From assembly GCA_034780895.1 (NCBI GenBank), contig JAUZTB010000066.1:11898291-11962290 (forward strand): a stretch of 64,000 nucleotides of DNA. Direction: 5' to 3'. Under the pieces are notes generated by a model. The model worked only from the letters and a program-made list of their open reading frames with translations, searched no databases and had not been told where the DNA came from. The DNA is from Rhynchobatus australiae. Lineage: Eukaryota. Numbering within the stretch: position 1 is the stretch's first letter; every line of letters starts with the position of its first letter. Shown piece by piece: positions 1-13,500 of this stretch. The position numbers and the translations under genes are program-made.

Positions 1-213
1 CAAGATGTTGGTGAGGCTGCATATGGAATACTGTGTTCAGCTTTGGTCACCCTGCTATAGAAAAGATGCCAGTAGCTGGAAAGAGTGCAGAAAAGATTTA
101 CAAAGATGTTGCCAGGACTCAGAGGACTGCACCCAACGTAGGCAAATGGGACTAGTTTAAATGGGAATCTTGGTCAGCATGGACCAGTTGGGCCAAAGGG
201 CTCTGTGACTCTG
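1..213 (+). mobile_element. CR1/HER1 LINE 3' fragment
   Basis: LVRLHMEYCVQLWSPCYRKDA and the tail gggccaaagggctctgtgactct. Confidence 0.8.
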
Positions 214-2432
214 AGATGTGTCAATTCCGATGGTCAAACTTAACAGCAAAGATGAAAAAGGTGGTAAAATAACAAATGTGGAAATATGAAAGAGGAAATG
301 CCAGACACATCCATTAGCACCAGCAGAGCTTCAGACAGACCTGGCTATTGATTTAGTTCTGCTGTGGATTTGGTCCAAAACAGCAACCTGCTTTTGCTGT
401 TCTTTCTGCAGATATTAATGTACACATTCATCAGTTGCTGCTTTCTATCCCCCCTTCTGCCATTACAGAAGTCTTACTGCAACATTGACTAGCAAATCAT
501 TGAAAACTTTCACCAGTGCAAGAGGTACTTTTCACCAACCTCATGTATCCCATTCACTCTGCATAGAGTTGTGTTTCAAATGCATGTCTGTANNNNNNNN
601 NNNNNNNNNNNNNNNNNNNNNNNNNNNNNNNNNNNNNNNNNNNNNNNNNNNNNNNNNNNNNNNNNNNNNNNNNNNNNNNNNNNNNNNNNNNNNNNNNNNN
701 NNNNNNNNNNNNNNNNNNNNNNNNNNNNNNNAATAACAGGGCACAAACACTGATCACCAATATTTGTTATTACAAATTAATAATGCATTTAGTGTTTAAA
801 TATTTATAAAATAGTTTCAATTCCAGCTTTCCTCAGATGGATTTTTTTCTTCCCTATAGCAATAAATTTTATATTTTTAAAAAATTCCAGCTTTAACAAG
901 ATTCAGATGTTGAAATTCAACCTCAGTAATACATACCAAATTCACACTGTAGTGAAAAGGTGCAAACTTCTGAAACTGAGCTCTGCTTCTGATATTCCAT
1001 TGTACAAACATAACCACATCAGCATTTGACAGGATAAATCTATTGCCCTAGTCCTCATTCAAATGATTCTCAATACCAGCCAATAAACTGTTGTGTTGTG
1101 GGGAGGGTGTTTGGCACAAACTGGTCTTGAATGGTGTTGATGCGAGGATGCTTTCTAGGTCACAGTTTGTGAAATTGGTTTTGACTTGCAAGGCAGAAAT
1201 ACAGTGACAGTTGCTTTGCAAATCTTTGCAAAGCAGCCACATTTCTATAATAGTCGCTATTACTTTACAGTAAATGCAGTCCATCTTAATCCAGAAAAAG
1301 TATAAAGGGGAATAAAAAAAATACCTCAAAAGGTGCTCTTAGAATAAAGACTTTTACGGGGTCTAATTCACCCAGAGATAATGATGGGATGGAATCGTAT
1401 GTTGATATGGCAACTTCTTGCCTAGCACTGGTTATCATTGATGATGTATTAGGGTTCATCCCAGGCCATCCAGTCTAACAAGGACACTGGTTGTCAATGC
1501 AGTGGAGGGGCAAGTGTGCACTCATGCCAAGTGGCCATACGAGCATCAGGCTTCAGTACCTACTGCTGTATGGGAACAGTAGTGGCAAGCTACGAGAACC
1601 TTCAAGCCACTTGTTTCACAAGCCGAGAGAGCTCAAGGTGGAACAGCCCAGGTTGACACCCAACAAGAGCACCACTGTAATGGCTTGTAGAACTGACCAA
1701 TGACTCAGGGTGTAACACTTAGACGCTGCATGGAAGCTCAGACACTCACAAGCAGGAGGTCCACATAGCTGGCCATCAGTCTGGAGAACCCCTTGAGTTG
1801 GGCTTCTTTGCTTTGGGCAGTAGAGTTAAGATGGTGCCTTGGGCAAGTTCCTCTCTGAATGGCCCCTCCAGCTGCCTCACACTCATCTTAGTGCATTCCA
1901 CTTGCTCCCATCCAATTTAGACATGGTGCCCACGTCAGCTCATAACTGCCACCTTGTCCTCACCTTCTATCCACCATCGGCCATTGAAAATGGATTAAAA
2001 AATATGGATAAGGGTTAATATTTAAACAGGCAAAGATGTGCAGAGACAGATGACTGGCTTTTGGAGGCAGCAGCAGTTTGTCACAGCATCTACAATTACG
2101 TTGATGTTTTACAGCTGTAGGGCTTCTGATTTTCCACATCTCCTCCCCTCACCCTCCCAGCTCTTTGCATGGTGGTCGTCTTTGTCGGCTTCTTCAGGGC
2201 CAACACGCACTGCTTAAAAGTGACCAATCCGCAATATTAAATTCATTCCCCTCGTGTCCCATTCCACAAGCACCAGCCATCTACTCCTCAGGCAGAGTAT
2301 GGGCAAAACTCCTTGCATTTAGGTTCTAGTGACCAGTCATGTTGTCCTTTGGGTCGTTGTCTTAACCTGAGACAACTTAAATGAAGTTTTTTTTTCCCCC
2401 CCCCTAATTGATCACATCCATTTTCTTAGTTC

Positions 2433-2826
2433 TAGAACATAGAACAACCACAGCACAATTCAGGCCCTTCGGCCCACAAAGCTGTGCTGAATATGTCCCT
2501 ACCCTAGAAGTTACTCTGCTCACCCATAGTCCTCTATTTTACTTAGCTCCATGTACCTATCTAACAGACTCTTGAAAGACCCTANNNNNNNNNNNNNNNN
2601 NNNNNNNNNNNNNNNNNNNNNNNNNNNNNNNNNNNNNNNNNNNNNNNNNNNNNNNNNNNNNNNNNNNNNNNNNNNNNNNNNNNNGCCCAACTCTGCATCC
2701 TATCTATGTCCCTCTGTAACCTCTGACATCCCTCCAAACTATCCACAACACCCCCAACCTTAGTGTCGTCCACAAACTTACTAACCCACCCCTCCACTCC
2801 CTCATCCAGGTAGTTTATAAAACCCA
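2433..2826 (-). mobile_element. CR1/HER1 LINE 3' fragment (gap inside)
   Basis: INYLDEGVEGWVSKFVDDTKVGGVVDSLEGCQRLQRDIDR and a tagaacatagaaca tail. Confidence 0.88.
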
Positions 2827-3169
2827 ACGTTTATCTGACCCAATTCATTTATTTTACAAAAGAAATGCAACTTCTAGGATCATCAACAACAATCAAATAT
2901 TTAAATAAGATTGGTTAAATTCAACTACCCCAATGGACCACAGACTGTTCAGTAACCAACCATTCAACCTCCTGCTGCCATTCCAGGTTCACTTTGGTCA
3001 TCTCCTCTCTGGTAGGACAGCCAACCTTGCTCAGCTGGACACATTTTCTGGGTACTCCCAAATCAAAAGATTCAGGCCACTCCTCTGGTACGAAGACAGC
3101 ACCACACCCAGAACCAGAACACCTTCACCACAAAGCCACAAAACTATTGTACTGATGACTCAGTCATAA

Positions 3170-5640
3170 AAACCATCTGGTCCACAAGTGTCCTTCGCAT
3201 AGGGAAATCTACCATCCTTATTTGGTATGGCCAATGTATGACCTCAGACCTGCCCCTTGTGGTTGACTCCCGAGTGCCCGCTCGCTGCATTCAAACGGAG
3301 GAAGGTTAACACTGGATGCACCACCCAACATTGACCCAGACACCAAGTCCATATATAGCAGTGTCACTTCCAATCCATTCTACTTTGCAAAGTCCTCCTC
3401 ACAAACACCCAGGGACTGGTGTCCAAATTGGAGAACTGCCCCTCCAACTAGTCAAGCAACAGCCTGACAGCTGAACGCAGAATTGATCCTTAGATACAAT
3501 ATGCCGGACTCCTTCACAATCCCTGGGTATGTCTTGCCCCCACTTGCAGAGCAGTCCCACCAGAGCTGACAGCCTAGTGGTATACAGGCAGGAGGGATAG
3601 ACCTTGGAGTCCTCAGCACTGACTAATCCCATGAAGTCTCGTGGCATCAGATTAAACATAGGCAAGGAAAGCTCCTCCTGAACACCACTTATTTAGCTGA
3701 TGAAGGAGCAATGAAAATAACAAGGCAGTCCGCAACAGCATTGGTAGGAGTGACTACCACCCAGTCCTTGTGGAGACAAGTTCCCATCTTCCCACCAAGG
3801 ATGCCCTCTGTTGTGTTGTATGGTAGATGGAATGGCCTCTGAATAAATTTGGCAGAAAACTGGGCCATCCATGGCAGTGCTATAGACCATCAGCACTCAC
3901 AGCCTGACACATCCCTCACTCTGCCATCACCATCAGATCAAACCTAGTTCAAGGAGTGCAGAAGGACATGCTGGGAGCAGCATTAGGCACACCCAAAAGT
4001 GAAGAGGTGCCAGTCCTAGTGAAGCAGCAATACAGGACCACATACATTCTAGGCAGTATGCAATAGAGCCAAGTAATCTCTCAGCCAGCAACTCAGACTG
4101 GCACTCTGCAACCTTGCCACATCTAGTCATGAATGGTGGCTACTGCAAGGAGGCAGTGCAAGAACATTTCCATCCTCAACAACAGCGGCACACAGCAAGC
4201 AAAAAAAAAATAGAAGTGTTGACAACCAGGTTCAGCCAGAAGTGCCGGGTGGATGATCCACCTCAGCTTCCTCCCGAGATCCCCACCATCTCCAAAACCA
4301 AATTCAAGCCAACTGGATTCACTTAGAGGTGATAAGCAAGAAATTAGAAGCCCTAGATACAGCAAAGGCTATGGGACCAGGCAACGTCCCAGCTGTAGTA
4401 CAGAAGGCCCACACTCCAAAACCACTGAACCAACCAAGCTGTTCCCACTACAGTTACAACACTGGCATCTACACTGTGGAAAATTGCTCTCAAGTGCACA
4501 AGCCAAATCCAGTATAGCCAATTACCACCAAACCAGTCTGCTCTGAATCCAAGTGATGGAAGGTGGTAACAGTGCAATCGAGCAACATTTACTCACCAAT
4601 GCCCAGGTTGGGCTTTACTAGAACCAGTCAGCTCCAGGTCTCAGACATGGACAGGAGCTGAACTCCAGGGGCACCTGAGAACTACTACCCTTGACATCAA
4701 GGCATTTGATCAAGTGCGCCATCAAGAAGCCTGCTAAAATTGATTCAATGGGTAATAGTTGGAGTGATGCCTTGCATCAGTTGTGCTGTTAGAGGTCAAT
4801 CACCTTAGCCCCAGGAGTTCCTCAGAGCAGGGTGCGAAGCCCAACAACCACCTTCAGCAACCTTCCTTCCATCACATGGTCAGAAGCGGGGACAAAGGAT
4901 GTTACATCCCATTCATACCTCAGCAGATCAATTAGGCCATGTCTGCTGCAGCAAAACCTAGGCAACGTACAGGTATGGGGTGAGAAGTGGCAAGTAACAT
5001 TCATGCCACAAAAGGTGCCAAAATATCCACAGAGAGAGTAACTACCTCCCCTTGATATCCAGACATATTATCGGAGTTCCCCATCAAAGTGCGTGCGTGC
5101 GCTTGTGTGGGGTGGTGGTTTGGAAAAGAAGAAAAAAAGTGTTGTTGAGCAGAAACCAGCACTGAGTGATTCACCTCCTGACATCAGGACTTTCTACCAT
5201 CTACAAAGGCACAAGAGTGTGATGGAACATTTGTCCATTTGCTTGGATGAATGCAACATCAACAAGAAACCTGGCACCATCCAGGATAAAACAGCCTGTT
5301 TAATTGACATCCTAACTACACACCCATTCCCTCCATCTGGCCACAGTGCATACCATCTACAAAGTGTACCACTGTTACTCACTCAGACATCTCAAACTCA
5401 CGATCTCTACTGCAGATAAGGGACAGCAAGTGCAGGGGAACACCACCATTGCCAGATTCCCCCCCCCACAGGACATATACCCCCATTCCTCCACTGTCAC
5501 ACCAAGGCCAAATCCTGGAACGTTCCAGCCAACAGCATAGTGCAAGTACCTTTGCCAGAAGGACGACAGCAGTTCACCATGACCTGCTCCAGGGCAATAA
5601 ATGCCAACCTCACCAGCACCACCCAGTTTCTGGAAAATAA
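3170..5640 (+). mobile_element. Second LINE family (CR1/L2-clade), long decayed copy; fragments also at about 17060-18370, 22080-22350, 27100-27420, 40840-40930 and 47810-47895
   Basis: KKLEALDTAKAMGPGNVPAVV, LDIKAFD (cttgacatcaaggcatttgat), GVPQSRV, and QVWGEKWQVTFMPQK; shared tail cagctcaccaccatcttctcaagggca...aataaatg. Confidence 0.75.
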
Positions 5641-5827
5641 TTAGAAGGTACCTATGCTGGCTCTATTCATTGCCTTTTCTTCCACCAAAAAAATCTAACT
5701 ACTGTTTTTGAATGTCCAACCTCTTGTAGCACAATCCAAAACAATCAATGTGATTAAAATTTAATTTACTCCTTTTAGTTACTGACTCACTGATCAGTAA
5801 AAATAGATCATTCAACTCATCAAAACA

Positions 5828-6150
5828 GGCCGCAGTGTGGCGCAGCTGGTAGAGCCGGGTTCACTGGAGACCTGGGTTCAATCCTGACCGTCGGTGCCAT
5901 CTGACTGGAGTTTACATGTTCTTCCGGTGACTGCATGGATTTCTTCCGGGTGCTCTAGTTTCTTCTCCGATCCCAAGAATGTCTGGGTTGATAGATTGGT
6001 TGGCCACTGCAAAAATTACCCCTAGTGTGTGTGTGGTTGCATCTTGAGGAGGGGGGACTGTGAGAACATAAGATTAGTGTAAACGGGTGGTTGAAAGTTG
6101 GCACAGACTCAATGGGCTGAAGGGCCCCCATTTCCATGGCATCTCTCTCC
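5828..6150 (+). mobile_element. tRNA-derived HE1-like V-SINE
   Basis: A box tggcgcagctgg, B box ggttcaatcc, V-domain ttccgggtgctctagtttc, and CR1-derived tail gggctgaagggcc. Confidence 0.82.
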
Positions 6151-7540
6151 AAGACTCTCAAACCCCTCAATTTGAACTGTGTCCCTGCTTACAAAAACAT
6201 TACCCCAACTCGCATCACAGTTGAATCTTGACTACACCCTTGCTATGACTTTTACTTCCTTGTCAAATAGTCACTTAGATTTTGATTATGATCCTACTGC
6301 AACCCTTACGAGGATTAACGTCATTTCTGGATCAAAAGATTTCTTCAGCAATGAGTCATTGAAATCCACGGCTGCTCTCAAGATAATGCTTAGCTTTTTT
6401 TCCAAAATAGAGATGTTAGGTCCTGCAGTCTTTGCACACGCTAGTAGTTAATTTCTTCTGGCAAATTTTGATACTCAGTTTGTGGACAGACTACGATCTG
6501 AATATCTACTTTGAACAGAGGATGTTACCTTAATATTTGAGCTTAAAAACTGTCCAGGTTCTGCATGTAGTGATGTTGAACATTTTATCTTTCAGAAAGA
6601 CATTTTCCTAGCTTCCTTCTTCTATTTCCTTACAGGTCCTTTCAGAATAACTCAGGTCAGACAACATTTTGGTTAACGCTTTGGTTGATAACCTCTCAAA
6701 ATAGCCAAAGTCAGGTTATGTAACAATTCAAAACACTCTCCCCACAAAGATGCTGCCTGACCCAAGTGTTTCCAGAATTATGTCTGTGTTTCAGATTTAC
6801 AGCATCTGCAATATTTTGCATTATTTTTTGGATGGATTTTGAAAAGATTTACAATTGGCTGGGCATCAGATGGGTGCTACACAGTCAGCTACACCCCAAT
6901 TACAGCCTTCCCAACACAGATACAGAGCCCATGTGTGAGTCGACTTGGCTGGGATTCATTGATAGACCAAGGGTCAAAGCATTGAACAAAAACCTTAATC
7001 ATCTGCGGAAGTATGACAATAGGACCAGTTGGTGATTTGTCCAGAGTTAATCATGGATAAGAATTTGGGCAATCTAGGATTTGCAACTAAACCCCAGATG
7101 TAATTCAAAATCATTGATGCAGACTGGAGTTAAAAAATAGAGGGATATTTTGGCTCTTGTCATATGTCCAAGGAGGATATGACAGCCTTGTACAGATGAG
7201 GTTTATTGAGATGTTGTCAGAGCTGGAGACTTGATTTCAAAGAGAAAGGGTTAGATAGGCTGAAGATTCTTGTTTAGAGCAGGAGCAGAGATTGAATTAA
7301 CGTGTATAAGACCCAAGGTCTAGATAGGGTGTGGAGGAAGGACTAATTTCCTTTGAGAAGTCGATAACTGGATTGGAGGAGAAAAGAGGGAGACAGGAAA
7401 GAGTGAAAAACTAAGCAAGTGAGTGGCAGGGGGCTGGAACCCTGGCTGAAGGAGGGTGGATGCAGAAACCTTGGTGCTTTTGTTTTGAAAAAGCAACACA
7501 CACTCAAAGTGCCTAAAGATCAAGCATTGGGATAAATCAA

Positions 7541-7760
7541 GAGGCAAAGAGACTTCAGATGCTGGAGTCTGCAGCAACAAGCAATCTTCTGGAGGAACCC
7601 TGGGTCAAGCAGCATCTGTAGGGAAGAGGAATTGACATTTTGGGCTGAAATCCTGCATTAGGTTGATACAGGGCTTCAACCCAAAACGTCGACAATTCCT
7701 AGGCCACTCCAAAGATGCTGATCAACCCGCTGAGTTCCCCTAGGAGAATGTCTGTTACGT
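7541..7760. mobile_element. Head-to-head pair of Penelope pLTR ends forming an imperfect palindrome
   Basis: 7541-7662 is a minus-strand pLTR end and 7662-7760 a plus-strand pLTR end; they meet at the hammerhead-like core. Confidence 0.65.
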
Positions 7761-9049
7761 TGGGATAAATCCGTCTTTTTCCTGCTACCATGGACTCAAC
7801 AGGACAAACAGCCTTCTGTGTCATCAATGTGGGCAGCACAGCTAGTANNNNNNNNNNNNNNNNNNNNNNNNNNNNNNNNNNNNNNNNNNNNNNNNNNNNN
7901 NNNNNNNNNNNNNNNNNNNNNNNNNNNNNNNNNNNNNNNNNNNNNNNNNNNNNNNNNNNNNNNNNNNNNNNNNNNNNNNNNNNNNNNNNNNNNNNNNNNN
8001 NNNNNNNNNNNNNNNNNNNNNNNNNNNNNNNNNNNNNNNNNNNNNNNGAAGGAAGTTAATGAGAATGTAAAGTTAATGTAAGATTAGTGTAAGTGGGCGG
8101 TAAATGGTCAGTGCATACTTGGTAGGCTGAAGGGCCTGTTTCTATGCTACATCTTTCCATGACTATCCAATTACAATATACACCACTGAAGGCTGTGCAA
8201 TTCAAAGGAATGTCACTCTGGTGTGGATTAATGAGGCACTTGCTGCATGACCCACAGATTGCAATTGCAGCTCAAAGTGGATTTTAAAGTTTGGGAGTGC
8301 TGGAGGCGTGCTGAAACACAACTGTGGCTCTGTGCCTCCACCTACACTGTAGGCCTACGCCCGTTGCTGGGCAACGGATTGGGCTGGGTGACTAATTCAT
8401 CTGCTACTGCCTAACCCGCAGGCAGCTTGTACTGAGGGAGGATTAACAGGGTTATGGGTGCCCTGCATCAATTATTGAAACAAAAAGAGACAAGGGTTTA
8501 TTCTCAGCTCATTAAAATGACAGCACTCTTGCAAAATAAATTGTTAGATAGGAGCCTTCCAGCATGCAGAGCTTCTTTCTGTCCAATTTCCCCATATAAT
8601 TGGAACAAGGATTTAATCATTGGAACTTGGTGAAATCTGGAACTCTGCTAATTGCCTCGTTTCCAGAGTAACCTAACCACAACGTTTAAAATGAAGTGAA
8701 TTCAGAGTATACACAGTTTGGTGATGGTGACCGGGGGTGGGGTGGGGTGGGGTGAAGAGAGAAGACTCTCCCTCTAGCAAGGAAACCCAGGAACAGGAGG
8801 TCACAATCATAATTAGACAGCAAGGCCACTAGAGTCAGGAAACCTTTCCACAAAGGGTAGTGGAGATCCAAAACAGTCCCAAAAACAAAAGGCTGTAAGG
8901 ATGGTGATAACTAATATCCTGATAGATGTGAATGGAGAGTTACACCAAGAAATGGGACAGCAGGCAAAATGGACTGGAGACAAAAGATAGGGATGGAACA
9001 GGCATGAGTGGGTTTAAAAACTAGATAGGGCTGGATGACCTATTCACTG

Positions 9050-10060
9050 TTCATTAATCATGGCTCATCTTTTACCAGCACAATTTCCTCAACTTCCACT
9101 GAATGAACACAATGACTAAGCCTCAATCGCCCTTCGAGTGGAGATTTCCAAAGATTCACCATGGCACAAATGGAGAAGTTTCACATTTCAGCCCATATTC
9201 CAAGATTGTGTCCCTGGTACAAGGTTCCTCAGCCAAGGGAAGCATCTTCCTTGTATCCAACCTGCTCAGCCCTGTAACAATTGAGAATTGATGAGATCTC
9301 CTCCCATTCTTGAGGTTAGAAGAATGCAGGCCTGGTCCACTCAATCTCTTCTTATATGGCAAACCCAACATCCCTGGAATTGGTCTAACAAATCTTCACT
9401 CTACACCTTACAGCAAATACATCCTTCTATGCAAGGAGACCAAAACTGTGCATAGTACTCCAGATGTGGTCTCAAGGTCCCATACAACTAGTCTTCCTTG
9501 CTGTTTTTTAAAAAACCATCCTGTTTATAAAAAGGCAAAAAGTACCATTTATCCTCCTAATCGTTTGCTTCACCTGCATGCTGGCATTCAATCTGCGCAA
9601 ATAACACCTTGGTACCTTTGAACATCAACACTACCCAATCTCTCACTTTTTAAACAGAAAAGTAGAGGATCTAAAACTGGATGAGCTTACATTTTTCCCC
9701 ACATTATATTCTGTCTGCCATGTTCTTACTCACTCCCTCAGCTTGTATGCATCTCTTGGAAGCCTCTTTACATTCTCTGTACTTGCAATCCCACCTAGTT
9801 GAGTATCATCAGCAAACTTGAAAATACATCCCCCTCAGCCAGATAGAGGCGAAAGGTAGTGAAAATCTGGGGCCCAGGCACCGATTCCCAAGGTACCCAG
9901 TCTGTCTCAGCCTGCCAACCCAAGAACGCTCTGCCTTCTGTCCGGTAAATAATTCGGAATCTTATCTACACATTTACCCCCACCACCCAAGTCCTTGTGC
10001 TCAAACCTTAAGCAACCTCCTGCAATAGACCTCATCACCAAAATACATACATCCACTGGT
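9050..10060 (-). mobile_element. Decayed CR1 LINE fragment
   Basis: Minus-strand LPYKKRLS..GLHS and GLSRLDTRKMLPLAEEPCTRD; gtatcatcagcaaacttg (KFADDT) at 9803-9820. Confidence 0.7.
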
Positions 10061-10069
10061 TCTGCTCAT

Positions 10070-10590
10070 TGAATAGCCATCACCCATTCCTTGTCCAGTC
10101 CATCACGAAAACCAGCCTCACCTCCACTGACTCCAAATCAGATTTATTATCACTGACTTATACAACTGTATACACGTCTCACTGCCTCAGGAAAGCAGCC
10201 AATATAAATCAAGAACCCCTCTCAACCCAGTCATTCTCTCTGCCCTCCATCTCCCCCACCCACCAGTTGGGCAGAAGATAAAGAAGCTTGAGAACATGTA
10301 CCACCAGGCTCAAGGAGAGCTTCTATCCCACTGATACAAGGTTCTTGATTAGACCTCTAGTACAATAAAGATGAACTCTTGATCTCTTAATCTACCTTGT
10401 CATGGCCCTTGCACCTTATTTGTTGACCTGCACTGGACTTTCTCTGCAGCTTTAACATTATATTCTGCATTTTTTCTTTATCCCCTTGTGTACTAACTTG
10501 ATGTACTGATGTATGGAATGGTCTGGATGGCACACAAACAAAAGCTTTTCACTGTATCTCAGTACATGTGACAATATTAAACCAATTATA
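10070..10590 (+). mobile_element. Rex1/Babar-like LINE 3' fragment
   Basis: CLRKAANI and GRR*RSLRTCTTRLKESFYP, ending in a tgtgacaatattaaacc tail. Confidence 0.65.
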
Positions 10591-13500
10591 ATTTTAAATT
10601 ACTACAGCATGGTAACAGGCCCTTCCGGCCCAACAAGTCCGTGCTGCCCATTTTAACCCCCAAATTAACCTACCCATACGTCTTTAGAACGTGGGAGGAA
10701 ACTGGAGCACCCGGAGGAAACCCACGCAGACATGGGGNNNNNNNNNNNNNNNNNNNNNNNNNNNNNNNNNNNNNNNNNNNNNNNNNNNNNNNNNNNNNNN
10801 NNNNNNNNNNNNNNNNNNNNNNNNNNNNNNNNNNNNNCAAACATGATCACCAGCTAATGTTGACCATTATAAAGTCAACATCTGCAGCAATTCAAAAGAG
10901 CTTCATACACCTTCCATTCTGACATTTCTGGGGACCAACTGTAAATGTGCCCTTGCCAACCCATTACAGAGATTAAATGCATATTAAACAATTTCTAAAA
11001 AGCTACATAAACCATTTCCATAGGCATCAGATTTAGATCAATTGAAAATAAGTGCAGAAAGCCTGGATTAAGAACTGATGCTAGCACGAGGATCCAAATA
11101 GTCTCCAGAACTCATGGAAGATGGCAATTTTCTTAGACAATTCTTTCCTGAAAACTGGCTGCTGAATTTTGTTACTATTGGCTACACAAGCATGCCACAT
11201 GTCAAGTTTCATTCCAAACCTTCCCCTGGTCTTCCTGTATAATTGCCCTGTGACCAGTTTCATACTCTGGGTTCATTTTCAGTTCCACTGCTTTCACTCA
11301 ATGGCGTCAGGTTTTTCACCACTTTGGCAAACTCTCGGTTCCCTATACTGGGCTGAAGGAGATTCTAGCTACAGATCTGGCAGCTCCAAAAGTGTTTTAT
11401 TCACTATATACACACACAACAGAAATTTGAGAGGTTGTTACACAGAACTATTGTAAAGATCAAACACTTAAGCACACTCACAAACTCTACTCAAGACCAA
11501 AAAGGTGCCTACCTGAGGTATCACTCAGGTAAATTTTGTCAGCAGGCATCACAAAGAAAACCCCTTACACCTATTGAGGAGTTATGCCATTAGTTTCTCA
11601 CTATAAAACTGTCTTCACAGGTAGTTGCCACTTGGAAAAGCCTTTTGTGGTGAAGTACCACTACTGGTAATAACTACTGCATTCCCAAACTAGACCGTGG
11701 GCACACCTTCATCACCTCAACCACTGCTCCATGTGCCAGACCACCACCTTTAGTAGCCACACATACCAATTTTTCCAGCAAAACCCACAAATACCATTCA
11801 CATTAAAGGAATTCTCCCAATGCTGACTAATCATACCAAATGTTTCTCCCCCGACTTACCAGCCTGCCAAAGGACCTTTGTTCCTCAACCTATTGATAAA
11901 ATGGTTCACGTCATTGGGCAGAGAGATTAAACAATCCCAATAACAACACCTGGTTAAATCTGTGAAATGCAATCTGCCCGATTTATTTTAGGCTGACATG
12001 AAACAGGTTGAATTTCTGCCTTGTGATGTAGGAACTTGCCCACTGTCACAATTCCAGCATCGTCACTGGTGACTGTGCATTTGCCACAGCGAGTCAGGTC
12101 AAGCTGCTGTCACAGTCAGCATGGTGGTGGTTCTGTAACAGCTAAAGCAAGCCGGCGCTTCTGATGGTATGGAAACTCTGCAGTCCAATCACACATGCAC
12201 ACCCCTAAATTGTCATCAAAGTGAGAAATGTAGCACAATGGCTTTCATTATTGAAGCCACACATTACTCAGAGGTACAGAGACCTTCACAGGAGATGTGG
12301 AATCTCCACCTTGGCAAAGTCCCAGAGTGACCAATGATCACACCCCAACCCTAAATAATGAAGCAAACAAAAATGATCAATCTGCAGGAATGGCTCATTT
12401 TAAATGGTGATATTTACAGTGTACTCACTAACTCATTAAGTGGTCAGATAAATAGATTATTTTTGAGTGGGATGCTGTAAACTCCGCCTCACAAAAAGCC
12501 TTCTTAATTGCAAGTGAGAAACCAGCAATTTGTGGCTGGCAGGTTAATATAACTCGAAGCAAACACTAAACAGAGTCTGAGCCCCTGTTTACCACACCCC
12601 TAAATCTGGGAACATTTTCACATTGTACTTAGATCACAACAAACTGCAGGACATCTTGTTCTGCAGTGCTGCAGCTTTTTAAAATACATGCCTCACTCTT
12701 CCTCAACCCATCCCAGAAATTATTCGGTCGCTGGAGTTTGGCTCCACAAGTGTGGGCTACGTTGCAGTACCCTGCCACTGCACTGCAGGACCAGAGCATG
12801 CAACCTAGGTTGACACTTCAGCACAGGACTGAAGGAATGTTGCCGCTTTTAGGACAAGTAAATTACATCAGAGGCCCTGCCCTGAGAGTCTGGACTAGGG
12901 GAACAAACAAGTGCAGTTACTGAACACTGCCTAGGAACAGTAGACAAGCTAGGAAGCAAACTTTGTCCCTGCTTTCCTCTAGGGAATGGACATTCACTGA
13001 AGGAAGGCCTGGATCTTCTCTCACTCCAGAGCCTGGCATCCTCCACTGACTGTCTGTTAAAGTGGAGGAGGATCATGAACTACCAACTGTGCCATCAGAT
13101 CAGCTGGTCGGTGCCTTCCACATCACTATCAGGCTGTCAATACAAAACAGTACAAGAATGATCTGGGGTAAAAACTAGTAGAGCTGCTACCTCACAGCAA
13201 TCCTGACCTCTTGTGCCATCCGCACATTCTCCCACATCCCAGTTGGCCGCTGTAAATGGACTCTGGTGTGTGGGTTGAGTGATAGGGGAGTTGATGCAAT
13301 GTGGAGAGAACAAATAAAAAGATGTAGAATTAGTGTAAATGGATGGGATGGCCAGTGCAGACTTGGTGGGCCAAAGGGACTGTTTACGTGTTGCATTGCC
13401 CTACAACTCAACTTGGGAAATTCCTCTCNNNNNNNNNNNNNNNNNNNNNNNNNNNNNNNNNNNNNNNNNNNNNNNNNNNNNNNNNNNNNNNNNNNNNNNN

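Noticed and set aside
5828-5890. tRNA-like A and B boxes
   Set aside because: They continue into the V-domain and LINE tail, so this is a SINE head rather than a tRNA gene.
11510-11531. Small hairpin tacctgag-gtatca-ctcaggta
   Set aside because: A single short inverted repeat is expected by chance in 64 kb and has no supporting context.
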